Source: a virus (lineage: Duplodnaviria > Caudoviricetes). From it: a DNA stretch of 56,899 bases. Under the pieces are notes generated by a model. That model was not told the origin of the DNA. It made no database searches and worked only from the letters and a program-made list of their open reading frames with translations. Of the stretch, positions 1-8,446 are shown in pieces. The first letter of the stretch is position 1; each line of letters begins with the position of its first letter. A program made the position numbers and the translations under genes. Location: IMG/VR virus record IMGVR_UViG_3300046817_000760, positions 1 to 56,899 of that record. The stretch is one strand, 5' to 3'.

Positions 1-127
1 CTGCCGCGCGTGCGCAAGGCCTGGCTTGTGGTGCTCGTCTCGACGCCGGGCCGCGTCTCGACGCCGGGCCGCGTCTCGACGCCGGGCCGCGTCTCGACGC
101 CGGGCCGCGTCTCGACGCCGGGCCGCG
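1..127. repeat. Terminal direct repeat of the contig (left copy); indicates circular assembly
   Basis: 1-127 is identical to 56773-56899 and includes 35 unique bases before the tandem repeat. 127 nt is a typical assembler k-mer overlap. Confidence 0.95.
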
Positions 128-135
128 TCTCGACG
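36..135. repeat. 18-bp tandem repeat CGTCTCGACGCCGGGCCG, 5 copies plus a partial copy
   Basis: Perfect copies start at 36, 54, 72, 90 and 108; partial copy at 126-135. Confidence 0.95.
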
Positions 136-396
136 CTCAGCTCGAAAGCACGCCGCGCACGTAATCATTAGGGAAATCGGCCCAATCCCGACCCGAACCG
201 GCCTACGTATCACGTTTGAGCCTATGTATCACGCGTGAGACCTATGGCGAGGCGTGTCTCTCGCGCCTAGCCGGAACATGAGCACGACCGAGCTCTTTCA
301 GTGTCCCACCCCACCGAAAGTGCAGATAGGCACGCATTCCCGGTGCAAGGTCGTGCATGATTATCTTGTCACCGAGACACGAAACGGAGCCCGACC

Positions 397-546
397 ATGA
401 ACCCCGCCATCTTGAAGCCCCTCGACCACGTTGCTCTTCTCCTCACCCTCAAGCCCGCAAAGACCGCCGAAGGCCGCAAAGTCCAAGAGCGCGTCTTGTT
501 CCGAGTCGAGGTTGCCATGTGGATCAACGAAATGAAGGCGGTCTGA
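397..546 (+). CDS. Small early hypothetical protein (49 aa, MNPAILKPLDH...; not in ORF track)
   Basis: GGAG at 386-389, ATG at 397, TGA at 544-546, abutting the next ORF. Confidence 0.6.
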   Translation: MNPAILKPLDHVALLLTLKPAKTAEGRKVQERVLFRVEVAMWINEMKAV

Positions 547-547
547 A

Positions 548-730
548 ATGTCTCTCAAACTGTCTACCGTCTCTGTCTCTGTCTCTGATGCCATCTCCGC
601 CCTCAAAGGTTGCCCACGAGAGTGGAACGAAGATGCAGGGACCTACGTGTTCACGCTGCCGCTGGGCAGCAAAGCGACCCTCTCCGGCAACGCTGCCGAA
701 GTGTCTGCAGTCCTGAAAGGAACCAAGTGA
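548..730 (+). CDS. Small early hypothetical protein
   Basis: Tightly packed between neighbours; its stop overlaps the next ATG. Confidence 0.6.
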   Translation: MSLKLSTVSVSVSDAISALKGCPREWNEDAGTYVFTLPLGSKATLSGNAAEVSAVLKGTK

Positions 731-918
731 TGGACCCCGTATCAATCACCTTTAACAGCAGCGTCCGCACGGGCAACGTGTCCGTGAAGGAAGCGATCGC
801 CAAGCTTGCTGGCTACACCAGCTACGTCTCGGGGAAGTACCGCAAGGGTAGCGATTACGCCGAAGTCTGCGGCTCACTCGAGTCCCGGTCTTTCATCCGC
901 CGCGCACTCACGAAGTAA
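730..918 (+). CDS. Small early hypothetical protein (MDPVSITF...)
   Basis: TGATG coupling with the upstream ORF. Confidence 0.6.
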   Translation: MDPVSITFNSSVRTGNVSVKEAIAKLAGYTSYVSGKYRKGSDYAEVCGSLESRSFIRRALTK

Positions 919-981
919 TCAAACCTCTGCTCCCCACGGGGAGTCTTGGTTTGCGTACATCGCAAGGAAAGTAGTACTCAA

Positions 982-1374
982 GTGGAACTGAACATCACTC
1001 GTTTCGTCCGCAAGCACTCTGACTGTATGGCCCGGTTCTCGGACTCGATTGCCAACAGCGGACTCCAGAACATCGGTGCCGTTACGTGGCGCAATGCCAT
1101 GGCTGCCATGGCCGACGAGTCCGAGTGGTTGTGCTCCGACCTAGAGGCGCTCCACGCCTATTTTGCAGGCTTTGGAGCGTGGGAACGCGCGGAACTGGAG
1201 GCGATGAGCGGACAGGAACTGAACGCCCTCTTGGTCCAGTTCATCGCTGGCGAGTATCAGAACTACACCGATGCTCGCGAGCAAGGCCGCAAGGCATTCC
1301 GTGAGTACCGTGAGAACCAGGGAGGCAGTCTGTACGGCCATCGTGGCCGGTGGTTCTATCTCGCCAGCATGTGA
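982..1374 (+). CDS. Early hypothetical protein
   Basis: GTG start downstream of AAGGA; protein-like composition. Confidence 0.65.
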   Translation: MELNITRFVRKHSDCMARFSDSIANSGLQNIGAVTWRNAMAAMADESEWLCSDLEALHAYFAGFGAWERAELEAMSGQELNALLVQFIAGEYQNYTDAREQGRKAFREYRENQGGSLYGHRGRWFYLASM

Positions 1375-1465
1375 CAGCCTCGCGCGCGCTTGCGCGCTCA
1401 CCAGAGTGTCTAAGCCACGGCTCGGACCCTCCGATGAGCTCACTAGCTCGGAAGGAAGCCCCACC

Positions 1466-1735
1466 ATGTTCGCCCATATCATCACTCAGTCCGCCCTCAC
1501 GTCTGCACTCGGCTCGCTCTACTGCGAGGCAGTGGCGGAACAGTGGGACCTGCCTCTCGACGTCCGCTTGTGCATCGATGGCGAGACGTGGACCTTACGC
1601 TCGGGAGACGTCTCTTTCGACACGTATCACTCGGCCCTTTGCGGGGCAGGGGAACTGGACGGGGAGACCATTCTCGCGGACCTTGCGGCCGACTTGCTCG
1701 CCCAGTGCGAGGAACAGGCCGCTGAAATAGAGTGA
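1466..1735 (+). CDS. Acidic early hypothetical protein (MFAHIITQ...)
   Basis: AAGGA SD before ATG 1466; acidic C-terminus. Confidence 0.65.
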   Translation: MFAHIITQSALTSALGSLYCEAVAEQWDLPLDVRLCIDGETWTLRSGDVSFDTYHSALCGAGELDGETILADLAADLLAQCEEQAAEIE

Positions 1736-1903
1736 AGTGCTCATGCGAGCGCAGCGCATGTGTACGCAACTTAGGCGCACTCCTGCGCACCCCACACACT
1801 CAGACTTTTGCCGCTAGCGGACCCCAGTGAACATTCATTCACTGCAGTCCGGTGCCTGCAAAACACCCCAAGATTTTTTGACCCAACTACTGGAGTTCAC
1901 CCC

Positions 1904-2134
1904 ATGTCTAAGCCGTACCAAGGCCACAAGAGTTACAACGCTTGGAACGTGTGTCTCTGGCTTTTCAATGACGAAGCCTTGTATGGCCTAGTCCGCGACA
2001 GAGTCCAAGGATCGGACAATCTAGACGAAGCCGCAGAACACCTTTACGAGGACCTAGAAGGACGCTCCACACCTGACGGTGTTCCGTACACAAAGAGCAA
2101 CATTCGTCTCGCACTTCGCGGCGAGAAAAAGTAA
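1904..2134 (+). CDS. Conserved phage early-region hypothetical protein (Y-x-G-x-x-x-Y-x-x-W-N-V-x-L-W-x-x-N-D-E-x-L-Y type)
   Basis: Motif YQGHKSYNAWNVCLWLFNDEALY; GGAG SD. Confidence 0.7.
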   Translation: MSKPYQGHKSYNAWNVCLWLFNDEALYGLVRDRVQGSDNLDEAAEHLYEDLEGRSTPDGVPYTKSNIRLALRGEKK

Positions 2135-2161
2135 CCCCAAGATTTTTCAGGAGTAAGACAC

Positions 2162-2701
2162 ATGACTACCTTTCAAGAGTTCTGCACTGACAACGCGCTG
2201 ACCATGACGGCCAAGTACGTGGGCATTCGAGCCGACAAGCGGTCCACGCACAAGCCCAACACACGTGAACTAGCCGAACCGTGGCAACACTTTCTCTGGG
2301 CTTGCACACTCGAGTATCAGGGCCGCACGTACACGACAGAGTACAGACTCGGACTCGGCCACTGTACCAAAGGCAGGACCCACAAAGTACCTTGTGAGAT
2401 CGTGACAAACGATATTGCTCGCGCACTCAAGCCTTATGGTCGCATCGCGATAGCAGACGTGGAAGGGTACGTCACCCCTACGGCTCCTAGTCTAGTGGAC
2501 GTACTTGGCTCGCTTACAAGCGACGCTAGCGCGGCCCTGCACTGCAGAGACTTCGAGGATTTCTGCAACGAGTATGGGTACGATACGGACTCACGAGCCG
2601 CAGAGAAAGTGTACGCCGCTTGCACGCAAGTACACTTCGAGTTGTACAAGCTTCTAGGTGGGGGTCTGTACGAGACACTCCTAGCTTGCTCAGAAGAGTG
2701 A
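2162..2701 (+). CDS. Phage early-region hypothetical protein
   Basis: AGGAG SD; C-terminal FEDFCNEYGYDTDSR motif resembles other phage early proteins. Confidence 0.75.
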   Translation: MTTFQEFCTDNALTMTAKYVGIRADKRSTHKPNTRELAEPWQHFLWACTLEYQGRTYTTEYRLGLGHCTKGRTHKVPCEIVTNDIARALKPYGRIAIADVEGYVTPTAPSLVDVLGSLTSDASAALHCRDFEDFCNEYGYDTDSRAAEKVYAACTQVHFELYKLLGGGLYETLLACSEE

Positions 2702-2778
2702 ACTAGGGCGCGCTTTGCGCGCTCACTCAAGTTCCCAATGGGTATTTGAGTGAGTCTGCAAACCCAAGGATTTTTACC

Positions 2779-3057
2779 ATGCAAGCCTACGTACACACTA
2801 AGGTACTTGGACACTACGGGATGGACACTCTCGCTACCGTTAGCGTGGACGTCAAGGTCGCACTCTTGCCGTGGCAAGAACGTGGACTCCAGTTCACTCG
2901 CACGGGTTACGGGCCAAAGATTCCCACACCTTACATGGTGCGATTCAATGGCCGCTGGCGTCGCGTGTACTGCTGTATCTACAGCAACAGTGGTACCTGC
3001 TACATCGGCAAGTTCGGCGGGCAGGCCGAGTCCCTAATCGTTCAGATTGAACAGTAA
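2779..3057 (+). CDS. Phage early-region hypothetical protein
   Basis: ATG directly after a repeat copy; GYGPKIPT...WRRVY...YSNSGT motif. Confidence 0.75.
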   Translation: MQAYVHTKVLGHYGMDTLATVSVDVKVALLPWQERGLQFTRTGYGPKIPTPYMVRFNGRWRRVYCCIYSNSGTCYIGKFGGQAESLIVQIEQ

Positions 3058-3098
3058 TCGTCCAAGATTTTTTGACTGCAAACCCAAGGATTTTTCAA

Positions 3099-3320
3099 AT
3101 GGCAAAAGCACTAGTCCGATTCACGCGCGAGCACACGGTAATCCGCCCAGCCACGGTCTTGGAGACCCACAACTTCGACGGCACTGTCACGCACATCGCG
3201 GACATTCCCGAGGCACGTACGGTCTACGTGACCGGCGAGACACACACGTTCCGCTCGGCAAAGGATGCGCTCGCCTTCGTCAAAGCGATGGACGGTGCCG
3301 CAGATCTCGTCAAAGCCTAA
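3099..3320 (+). CDS. Small early hypothetical protein
   Basis: Bounded by repeat copies at 3081 and 3320. Confidence 0.7.
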   Translation: MAKALVRFTREHTVIRPATVLETHNFDGTVTHIADIPEARTVYVTGETHTFRSAKDALAFVKAMDGAADLVKA

Positions 3321-3336
3321 ACCCAAGGATTTTTCA

Positions 3337-3609
3337 ATGCCTGTATCCACGACCATAAACGAACGAAACCTATTGCTCGCCATCCTTCAGTCCGATTTCC
3401 AGGATGGCAAGGAACCCGTCATGCACGCTGTGTGGTCCGATGACCTATGTGGGACACACACTCGAGCTGCGACGCTGGGCAGCCTGGTCAAGAAAGGACT
3501 GGCTGGCCAGCATGGCAAAGGTAGCGAAGCCGTCTGCTGGCTGACTGAGGCAGGCGCCGAAGTGATCGCCAACGAAGTGACGGCATACCGACTCGAGTAC
3601 AAGCTCTAG
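3337..3609 (+). CDS. Small early protein, possible winged-helix fold
   Basis: AATLGSLVKKGL...CWLTEAG resembles a wHTH recognition helix and wing. Confidence 0.6.
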   Translation: MPVSTTINERNLLLAILQSDFQDGKEPVMHAVWSDDLCGTHTRAATLGSLVKKGLAGQHGKGSEAVCWLTEAGAEVIANEVTAYRLEYKL

Positions 3610-3712
3610 CCCCTGGCCGCGCCCACAGTGCGCGCTTGCCACAGCACCCCAACTTTTGATGGAGTGTTGCGGCGAGCTCACACTCGAGTTCTCAACCCAA
3701 GGATTTTTCATC

Positions 3713-4081
3713 ATGACCATGACCATCGAAGCACTCGAGAACGTAGAAGAGACTGGCATTGACCCCAACAAGGATATCGCTCGCGTTCGAGCTGGCTTGT
3801 CCTTTGAAGCCCTACTGGCCGAGTGCCTAGACGGCGCCGACCACGATCGTGAGACTGGCTGGCACGATTACGTCGAGTACGTGGCTGCCCACGCTTTCCC
3901 CCGGTTCGGGTTCGAGTGCTGGGACGATGAAGCCAAGCGCTGGGATGCCTCCCTATGTGGGCACCAAGACCGCTCCAACTGCTTCGCCACTCGTGCCGAG
4001 GCAGAGGCAGAGCTCCCCCGCTTGGCTAGCGTGATGGGCTGCCCAGTGTCGAAGCTGCGCGTGTCCTGGCTCGACGTCTGA
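3713..4081 (+). CDS. Early hypothetical protein
   Basis: Bounded by repeat copies at 3694 and 4087. Confidence 0.7.
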   Translation: MTMTIEALENVEETGIDPNKDIARVRAGLSFEALLAECLDGADHDRETGWHDYVEYVAAHAFPRFGFECWDDEAKRWDASLCGHQDRSNCFATRAEAEAELPRLASVMGCPVSKLRVSWLDV

Positions 4082-4103
4082 CTTTCAACCCAAGGATTTT
4101 TCA

Positions 4104-4283
4104 ATGACCAAGTACCGAGTCACGAAACTTTTCATCTCCGGCGCACTGCAAGGGCTGACCTACGTCGAAACCTTGCCTGCAGACCTGGCCGCGCGCTTCC
4201 CTATCGGCACGGTCGTCCGCAAGCCCATCGGCGGGTCTCCCTACCGCATCATTGCGAACGAGCTTTCCACGTCCAGCCAGTAG
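4104..4283 (+). CDS. Small early hypothetical protein (59 aa, MTKYRVTKLF...; not in ORF track)
   Basis: ATG follows the repeat at 4087; TAG at 4281-4283. Confidence 0.65.
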   Translation: MTKYRVTKLFISGALQGLTYVETLPADLAARFPIGTVVRKPIGGSPYRIIANELSTSSQ

Positions 4284-4521
4284 CACTGACACGACTCTTC
4301 ACGCCAACTACCGCGCCACCGAAGGGTCACGTGCTCGTTGTGCACAGCGAGCACAATCGCGCGTCGCACACGTCCATCGCCAAGCTGACGATATCGGACA
4401 CTCTGACCAGCTATGAGTTCACCCAACTTTGCCAAGACACGCTCCATGTAAGTGAAGCTCACATGCCCCCATCCAGGGATACCGTGATGTTGGGGTCTCA
4501 TTTCAACCCAAGGATTTTTTC

Positions 4522-4698
4522 ATGACCAAGCAACACATTCAGTCGCCCTACGGAACAACTCTCTGCGGGCTCAACCAAACGGCACGCAAGACATGGGGTC
4601 TTAAGACTTGTGAGGTGTGTGCTCGTATCAATGCCCGCGCTGACGAGCTGCGTCAGCAAGCCACGGACAGGGCTAAGACCAAGCTCCCTAACAGATAA
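4522..4698 (+). CDS. Small early protein with H/C...CxxC residues, possibly Zn-binding (58 aa; not in ORF track)
   Basis: MTKQHIQ...TLCG...TCEVCAR; ATG follows the repeat at 4505. Confidence 0.6.
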   Translation: MTKQHIQSPYGTTLCGLNQTARKTWGLKTCEVCARINARADELRQQATDRAKTKLPNR

Positions 4699-4716
4699 GC
4701 TGGGCGAGGCAGCCAG

Positions 4717-4890
4717 GTGAACACCCCGCCCAAGATCGTGAAGCGCGTGTACGGCTACGCCTACCCTCGCAACGGCAACTTTCACAATCCCACACCGCGC
4801 GTCGCATGGGACCTGTTCGTCAACGGCAAGCTCGTTGACTCGTTCCCTACCAAGCGCGAAGCACTAGCCGCCATTGCTTCATACAAGTGA
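4717..4890 (+). CDS. Small early hypothetical protein (57 aa; not in ORF track)
   Basis: GAGG then GTG 4717; the stop abuts the repeat at 4897. Confidence 0.55.
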   Translation: MNTPPKIVKRVYGYAYPRNGNFHNPTPRVAWDLFVNGKLVDSFPTKREALAAIASYK

Positions 4891-4922
4891 TTCCTTCCCC
4901 AAGATTTTTTAGGAGTACCCCC

Positions 4923-5096
4923 ATGTCCCACAAGCTTCCCCGAATCCTGCACCCCCGCTTCATCGACGAGACTCTCGAACGAGCACCCAAAGGTGCGACC
5001 ACCCTACATGCCCTCTACTGCATACCCGAGGGGGAGAACGTTCGGGTCATCGAGGATTGGAACTGCCTCCTGCGGCCACAGGACAAGGCATCGTGA
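4923..5096 (+). CDS. Small early hypothetical protein
   Basis: Repeat plus AGGAG SD before ATG 4923. Confidence 0.55.
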   Translation: MSHKLPRILHPRFIDETLERAPKGATTLHALYCIPEGENVRVIEDWNCLLRPQDKAS

Positions 5097-5211
5097 TGTG
5101 GTGGATGCAGCCATCTCCGTAGCTACCTTCGTACCCAACCACTACGGCGGGTATGACCGTGTCGCACCTGACCCCACCATGGTGGATAGGATTCTCTGGG
5201 GCTGACCGCTC

Positions 5212-5402
5212 TGTAACCACCGGCCGTAACCGCTTTGGGGTCGCCTTTCCTGAATGATTCCGGGCTTGCACCGTTGTAACCGGTTTTCTGCACTATACTC
5301 TCTATATCCTCCACAGAACTTTTGGCTGTTTTGACGGTTACATGGTTACATGGTTGTAATCATTAGGTAAGTACCGGTTACAAAACGGTTACAACGGTTA
5401 CA
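5212..5402. other. Putative replication origin with inverted iteron arrays
   Basis: (T/C)GTAACC at 5212, 5225 and 5275; GGTTACA at 5336, 5344, 5376, 5387 and 5396; AT-rich centre; adjoins the 3' end of the primase gene. Confidence 0.7.
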
Positions 5403-7716
5403 AACCTCCTTCCATCAAGATGCCTGAGATTTTTTCCTCAAGTTCCTCCTCCAACCCCTCGTTCACGGCAAGTTGCCGAAGGGTGGACAGTCTGACGGCC
5501 CGCAGCTTCACGGGCTTGTCCTCGCCCAGCAGGTCCTTGCCAAACCTCAATGCCTTGCCCGAGCCTGGCTCTACCAAGGTCTTCATCACGTCGCCGAAGT
5601 CCTCGGGAACGTCCACCTTGCTCAGCAAGCTTGACCAGTACGTTTTGAGGTTGGTCTGCGATACCCACACCCGCCCATCACGAATGCAGCACACCCTCTC
5701 GTAGCGTTGGTCCTTGTCCAGAAGGGCATTGAGCAGTGCCCGCAGCACGGGTCCTGAGGCTTTCCCCCCCGCGCCAAGCAGCTCCGCCATGCCCCCTCGC
5801 CCCTGAACCAGGAAGCGCAGTCCCTTTGCCACCTGGCGGGTCTCCTGCAGCCACTGGACGTGCCGGGGCAGCCCGCCTCCAGCTACCCAAGCGTCTGTGG
5901 CTTCTCGACCCCCTAGCGCCTCCAGAAACCGCCTTGCTCCCTCGGTGGGCCGGACAAGCAGCACACGCTCGTCGAGCGCTTGGATGTCACTGTCAGTCAG
6001 CTGCCGGTCAAACTTGAACGACCCGGTGTTGTTGGTGGCCATGATGACCCGGTTGGCCCCCAAGAGGCGTGTAGGGTGGGCGTACTTCAACTCGACTTGC
6101 CGGGACGTGTTGCTGATCAGCTCTTTGAGGGCATCTACTGCGTTGCCGGTGTAACCCCGCGGGGCCCGTATGCCCTCGTTGGCCACCACCAAGGGCGAGG
6201 CCAGGAGCTCCTTGTTGAACTGCCCGAGCGTCCTATCGAAGGCGGTTCGCTGGCCGTCCCAGATGGCCGACAACCCATCGATCAACAAGTCCTTGCCCGC
6301 CCCGCTGAGGCCCATCACGCACAAGGCCGCCGTGGGCCGGGACAGTTCCCCCAGGGTGGCGAGCCAATCGAGCAAGGCATCACGGTGCTCCCCACCGAAC
6401 AGCTCTAGCCACTCAGCAATCTGAGGGTTGAACTCTGCTTTCCAAGGCTGCGGCTGCCCTACCTTTTGGACGAAGACGTTATCTACGAGCGTGCTGCGCT
6501 CGACCACGTAGGAGTAATGGACCTCGGTGAGAGACCGTCCGTACCTGTCGAGCAAAGTGGCCAGAGGTAAGAGTCTGCCTTCCTCGTTCTTGAGTTTCAC
6601 GGGTAAGACGTCGCGAGCCATGTTGACCACGAACTCGCGAAGGACCGGCCCCACGTACGAGCCCCTCGTCTCACGGAGGAAGTACCCAGCCGGGGTCCCC
6701 AGGATCCATCCCTTCTCGTCAGGTAGTATCAACTTGCTCCCATCCGGCCTTTGCCTGGAGGCAACCAGCTTGCCCCGGTACACCCCGTCCGTGACCGAGA
6801 GGGCATCGAGCTTGCGGAAAAACCAAGCCTTGTCGGTCTTTTCCGCGCAGTTCTCCAGTTTAGCTGTGGCCTCGAGAGTCCCCTTGAACACCTCGTACAA
6901 GCTCTCTCGGTCCAGGGGGACGTGGTCGACAAAGTTCCTCAACCCCCCCATCAGTTTATTGAACACGTCAGTCCGAGAGCCGTACTCCGCCCACGTCCTG
7001 CCAGCCAGGATCCTTTCCCCTGCCTCCACCACGTCCTGAGCGTCCTCGAACCTCTTTTTGTAGGTGATGAACGCTTCCATGTCTGAGCGTGTGAAGAGGC
7101 GTGTTCCCTCCAACTCGACAGGGGGAGCTGAGGGCAATACGTTCTGCTTGATCTTCTCCACGACCCACGAGGGAGCAGCCCGTAGTTTCTTCCGCTCGAT
7201 CTCCCCTTCGTACCTGGCCCCCGTCCAGTGAACGGAAGGGGGAACCACGATGTACCCCCCGGCCCCACGAACATCGATGTGTTGGGCACCAAGTCCACCC
7301 CGCGAGTTCGTGATACCCTCCTCGTACTGGTAGAGAAGGTGCGTACCCCCGCTCCCTGTTCGTAGGGCGATGGGTTCCCCCTCATCCCCGTACTGGTCCT
7401 GCAGCTCGCCCCATTCCCCAGGTCCATCGGGCAGGTCCAGGTCAATCACGAAGAACCCGGACTTGCCCGTGACCAGACCAATCCCGGCGTCCGGCCACTC
7501 AGCCCACCACCTAAGGATCTGCTCCTGGTCCCTGGAAGCATGGTCTTGCCAGGGGATGCGAGGGTGCTTGGCCTGGCACTCCCCCGCCCCTTTCCCAAGT
7601 GGTTTCCCGCACGAGCACTTGTCCCCTTGGGGTGAGTGCAAGGGGACGACGTAGAAACCCTCCATGGCATACTGGAGGGCATGGGGGGTGTTGGTCGCAG
7701 GGACGAGTGTGGGCAT
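5398..7716 (-). CDS. Bifunctional primase-polymerase (Prim-Pol) fused to a C-terminal P-loop helicase
   Basis: N-terminal KHP, GIGLVTG, VIDLD, RTGSGGTHLLY, IDVRGAGGYIVVPPSVH; C-terminal Walker A GLSGAGKD and Walker B-like VVANE. Confidence 0.9.
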   Translation of the reverse strand: MPTLVPATNTPHALQYAMEGFYVVPLHSPQGDKCSCGKPLGKGAGECQAKHPRIPWQDHASRDQEQILRWWAEWPDAGIGLVTGKSGFFVIDLDLPDGPGEWGELQDQYGDEGEPIALRTGSGGTHLLYQYEEGITNSRGGLGAQHIDVRGAGGYIVVPPSVHWTGARYEGEIERKKLRAAPSWVVEKIKQNVLPSAPPVELEGTRLFTRSDMEAFITYKKRFEDAQDVVEAGERILAGRTWAEYGSRTDVFNKLMGGLRNFVDHVPLDRESLYEVFKGTLEATAKLENCAEKTDKAWFFRKLDALSVTDGVYRGKLVASRQRPDGSKLILPDEKGWILGTPAGYFLRETRGSYVGPVLREFVVNMARDVLPVKLKNEEGRLLPLATLLDRYGRSLTEVHYSYVVERSTLVDNVFVQKVGQPQPWKAEFNPQIAEWLELFGGEHRDALLDWLATLGELSRPTAALCVMGLSGAGKDLLIDGLSAIWDGQRTAFDRTLGQFNKELLASPLVVANEGIRAPRGYTGNAVDALKELISNTSRQVELKYAHPTRLLGANRVIMATNNTGSFKFDRQLTDSDIQALDERVLLVRPTEGARRFLEALGGREATDAWVAGGGLPRHVQWLQETRQVAKGLRFLVQGRGGMAELLGAGGKASGPVLRALLNALLDKDQRYERVCCIRDGRVWVSQTNLKTYWSSLLSKVDVPEDFGDVMKTLVEPGSGKALRFGKDLLGEDKPVKLRAVRLSTLRQLAVNEGLEEELEEKISGILMEGGL

Positions 7717-7724
7717 AGGGGTAG

Positions 7725-7754
7725 ACAGTACCGCTCAGACCGTACCCACGGCAA
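7725..7754 (-). promoter_or_regulatory. Sigma70-like promoter for the primase gene (probably leaderless)
   Basis: Minus strand TTGCCG-N18-TACTGT-N8-ATG, with no SD. Confidence 0.5.
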
Positions 7755-7805
7755 CGTCCAGCTTCTCTCTTGACCCCTGCCCGTGATCTGCCCGATAGTG
7801 GACAA

Positions 7806-8060
7806 ATGCCGCGCCCACCGAGCCATCTCAAAGCCGACAAGTTCCGCTTACCCAAAGATAAAAAGACTCCCACGGTCTTCACCCCACCCCCCACCATCTC
7901 GCTACCCCTGTTTGACTTCGAGGCAGCGTACGTGATTGGTGCCTTGATCGACGCTCAAGAACGAGCTGCTTCGCAGGAAGGGGAAGTCTTTCAGCAAAAG
8001 GCCAAGGCCCTTTCCCTCATTGCTGCACGAATCGCCAAGGCATTTCGGGAACGGAAGTAG
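7806..8060 (+). CDS. Hypothetical protein
   Basis: Divergent from primase; TTGACC upstream at 7770. Confidence 0.55.
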   Translation: MPRPPSHLKADKFRLPKDKKTPTVFTPPPTISLPLFDFEAAYVIGALIDAQERAASQEGEVFQQKAKALSLIAARIAKAFRERK

Positions 8061-8068
8061 TTCTAGAC

Positions 8069-8100
8069 AAGGGACAAGACCAGAGGGTCTCCCTTTTCCT
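8069..8100 (+). terminator. Possible intrinsic terminator
   Basis: AAGGG..AGACC-loop-GGTCT-CCCTT stem followed by Ts, after the stop at 8060. Confidence 0.35.
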
Positions 8101-8138
8101 TGGTGTACTTGCGCTGCTGATCGGTGTATTCACCGATC

Positions 8139-8396
8139 ATGCAAGAGCGCACGCACCTGAGGGTTGTGCCTTCTCCAGTGGACACGTCCGACAAGGACAT
8201 GAGCACGTCCGACAAGGACATGAGCACGTCCGAAGCGGACATGTCTGATGTGTACATGGCAGCAGACGATGTGGACATGGCAGAGACACCCACATCCTCC
8301 GATATGGTCAAGCGCTATTTGTGTGTCGCACTGATTACGTTCTTGATCGAACTCACAATCTTCGCAATCATCGGACTCGTAATGGCTAGTCAGTAG
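8139..8396 (+). CDS. Small membrane protein with an acidic 7-aa tandem repeat (TSDKDMS)
   Basis: 21-bp repeat at 8183-8243; C-terminal hydrophobic helix. Confidence 0.6.
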   Translation: MQERTHLRVVPSPVDTSDKDMSTSDKDMSTSEADMSDVYMAADDVDMAETPTSSDMVKRYLCVALITFLIELTIFAIIGLVMASQ

Positions 8397-8446
8397 ACCA
8401 TTTAGGGACAGCAAGTAAACAATACAAAAATAGTTTGGGGGGTTGG

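Larger units (their letters stand above)
1866..4910 (+). repeat. Dispersed direct repeat CC(C)AAG(G)ATTTTT upstream of early genes (10 copies)
   Basis: AACCCAAGGATTTTT at 2761, 3081, 3320, 3694, 4087 and 4505; (CC)CCAAGATTTTT at 1866, 2135, 3062 and 4897. Confidence 0.9.

Noticed and set aside
1-127. Biological terminal repeat of the virion DNA
   Set aside because: The 127-nt length matches a standard assembler overlap; it shows circularity or redundancy, not the real termini.
36-135. CRISPR array, or the ORF 26..238 (SRRRAA repeats)
   Set aside because: The units are contiguous with no spacers and no cas genes; the ORF is just the repeat read in frame.
1866-4910. CRISPR-like or classical integron attC array
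   Set aside because: Repeats are only about 15 bp, intervals are irregular and hold whole genes, there is no attC-type GTTRRRY/RYYYAAC hairpin structure, and the integrase looks like a phage type with xis.
4923-5205. Programmed frameshift joining 4923..5096 to the frame ending at 5205
   Set aside because: No slippery sequence or other support; could be a decayed gene or chance.
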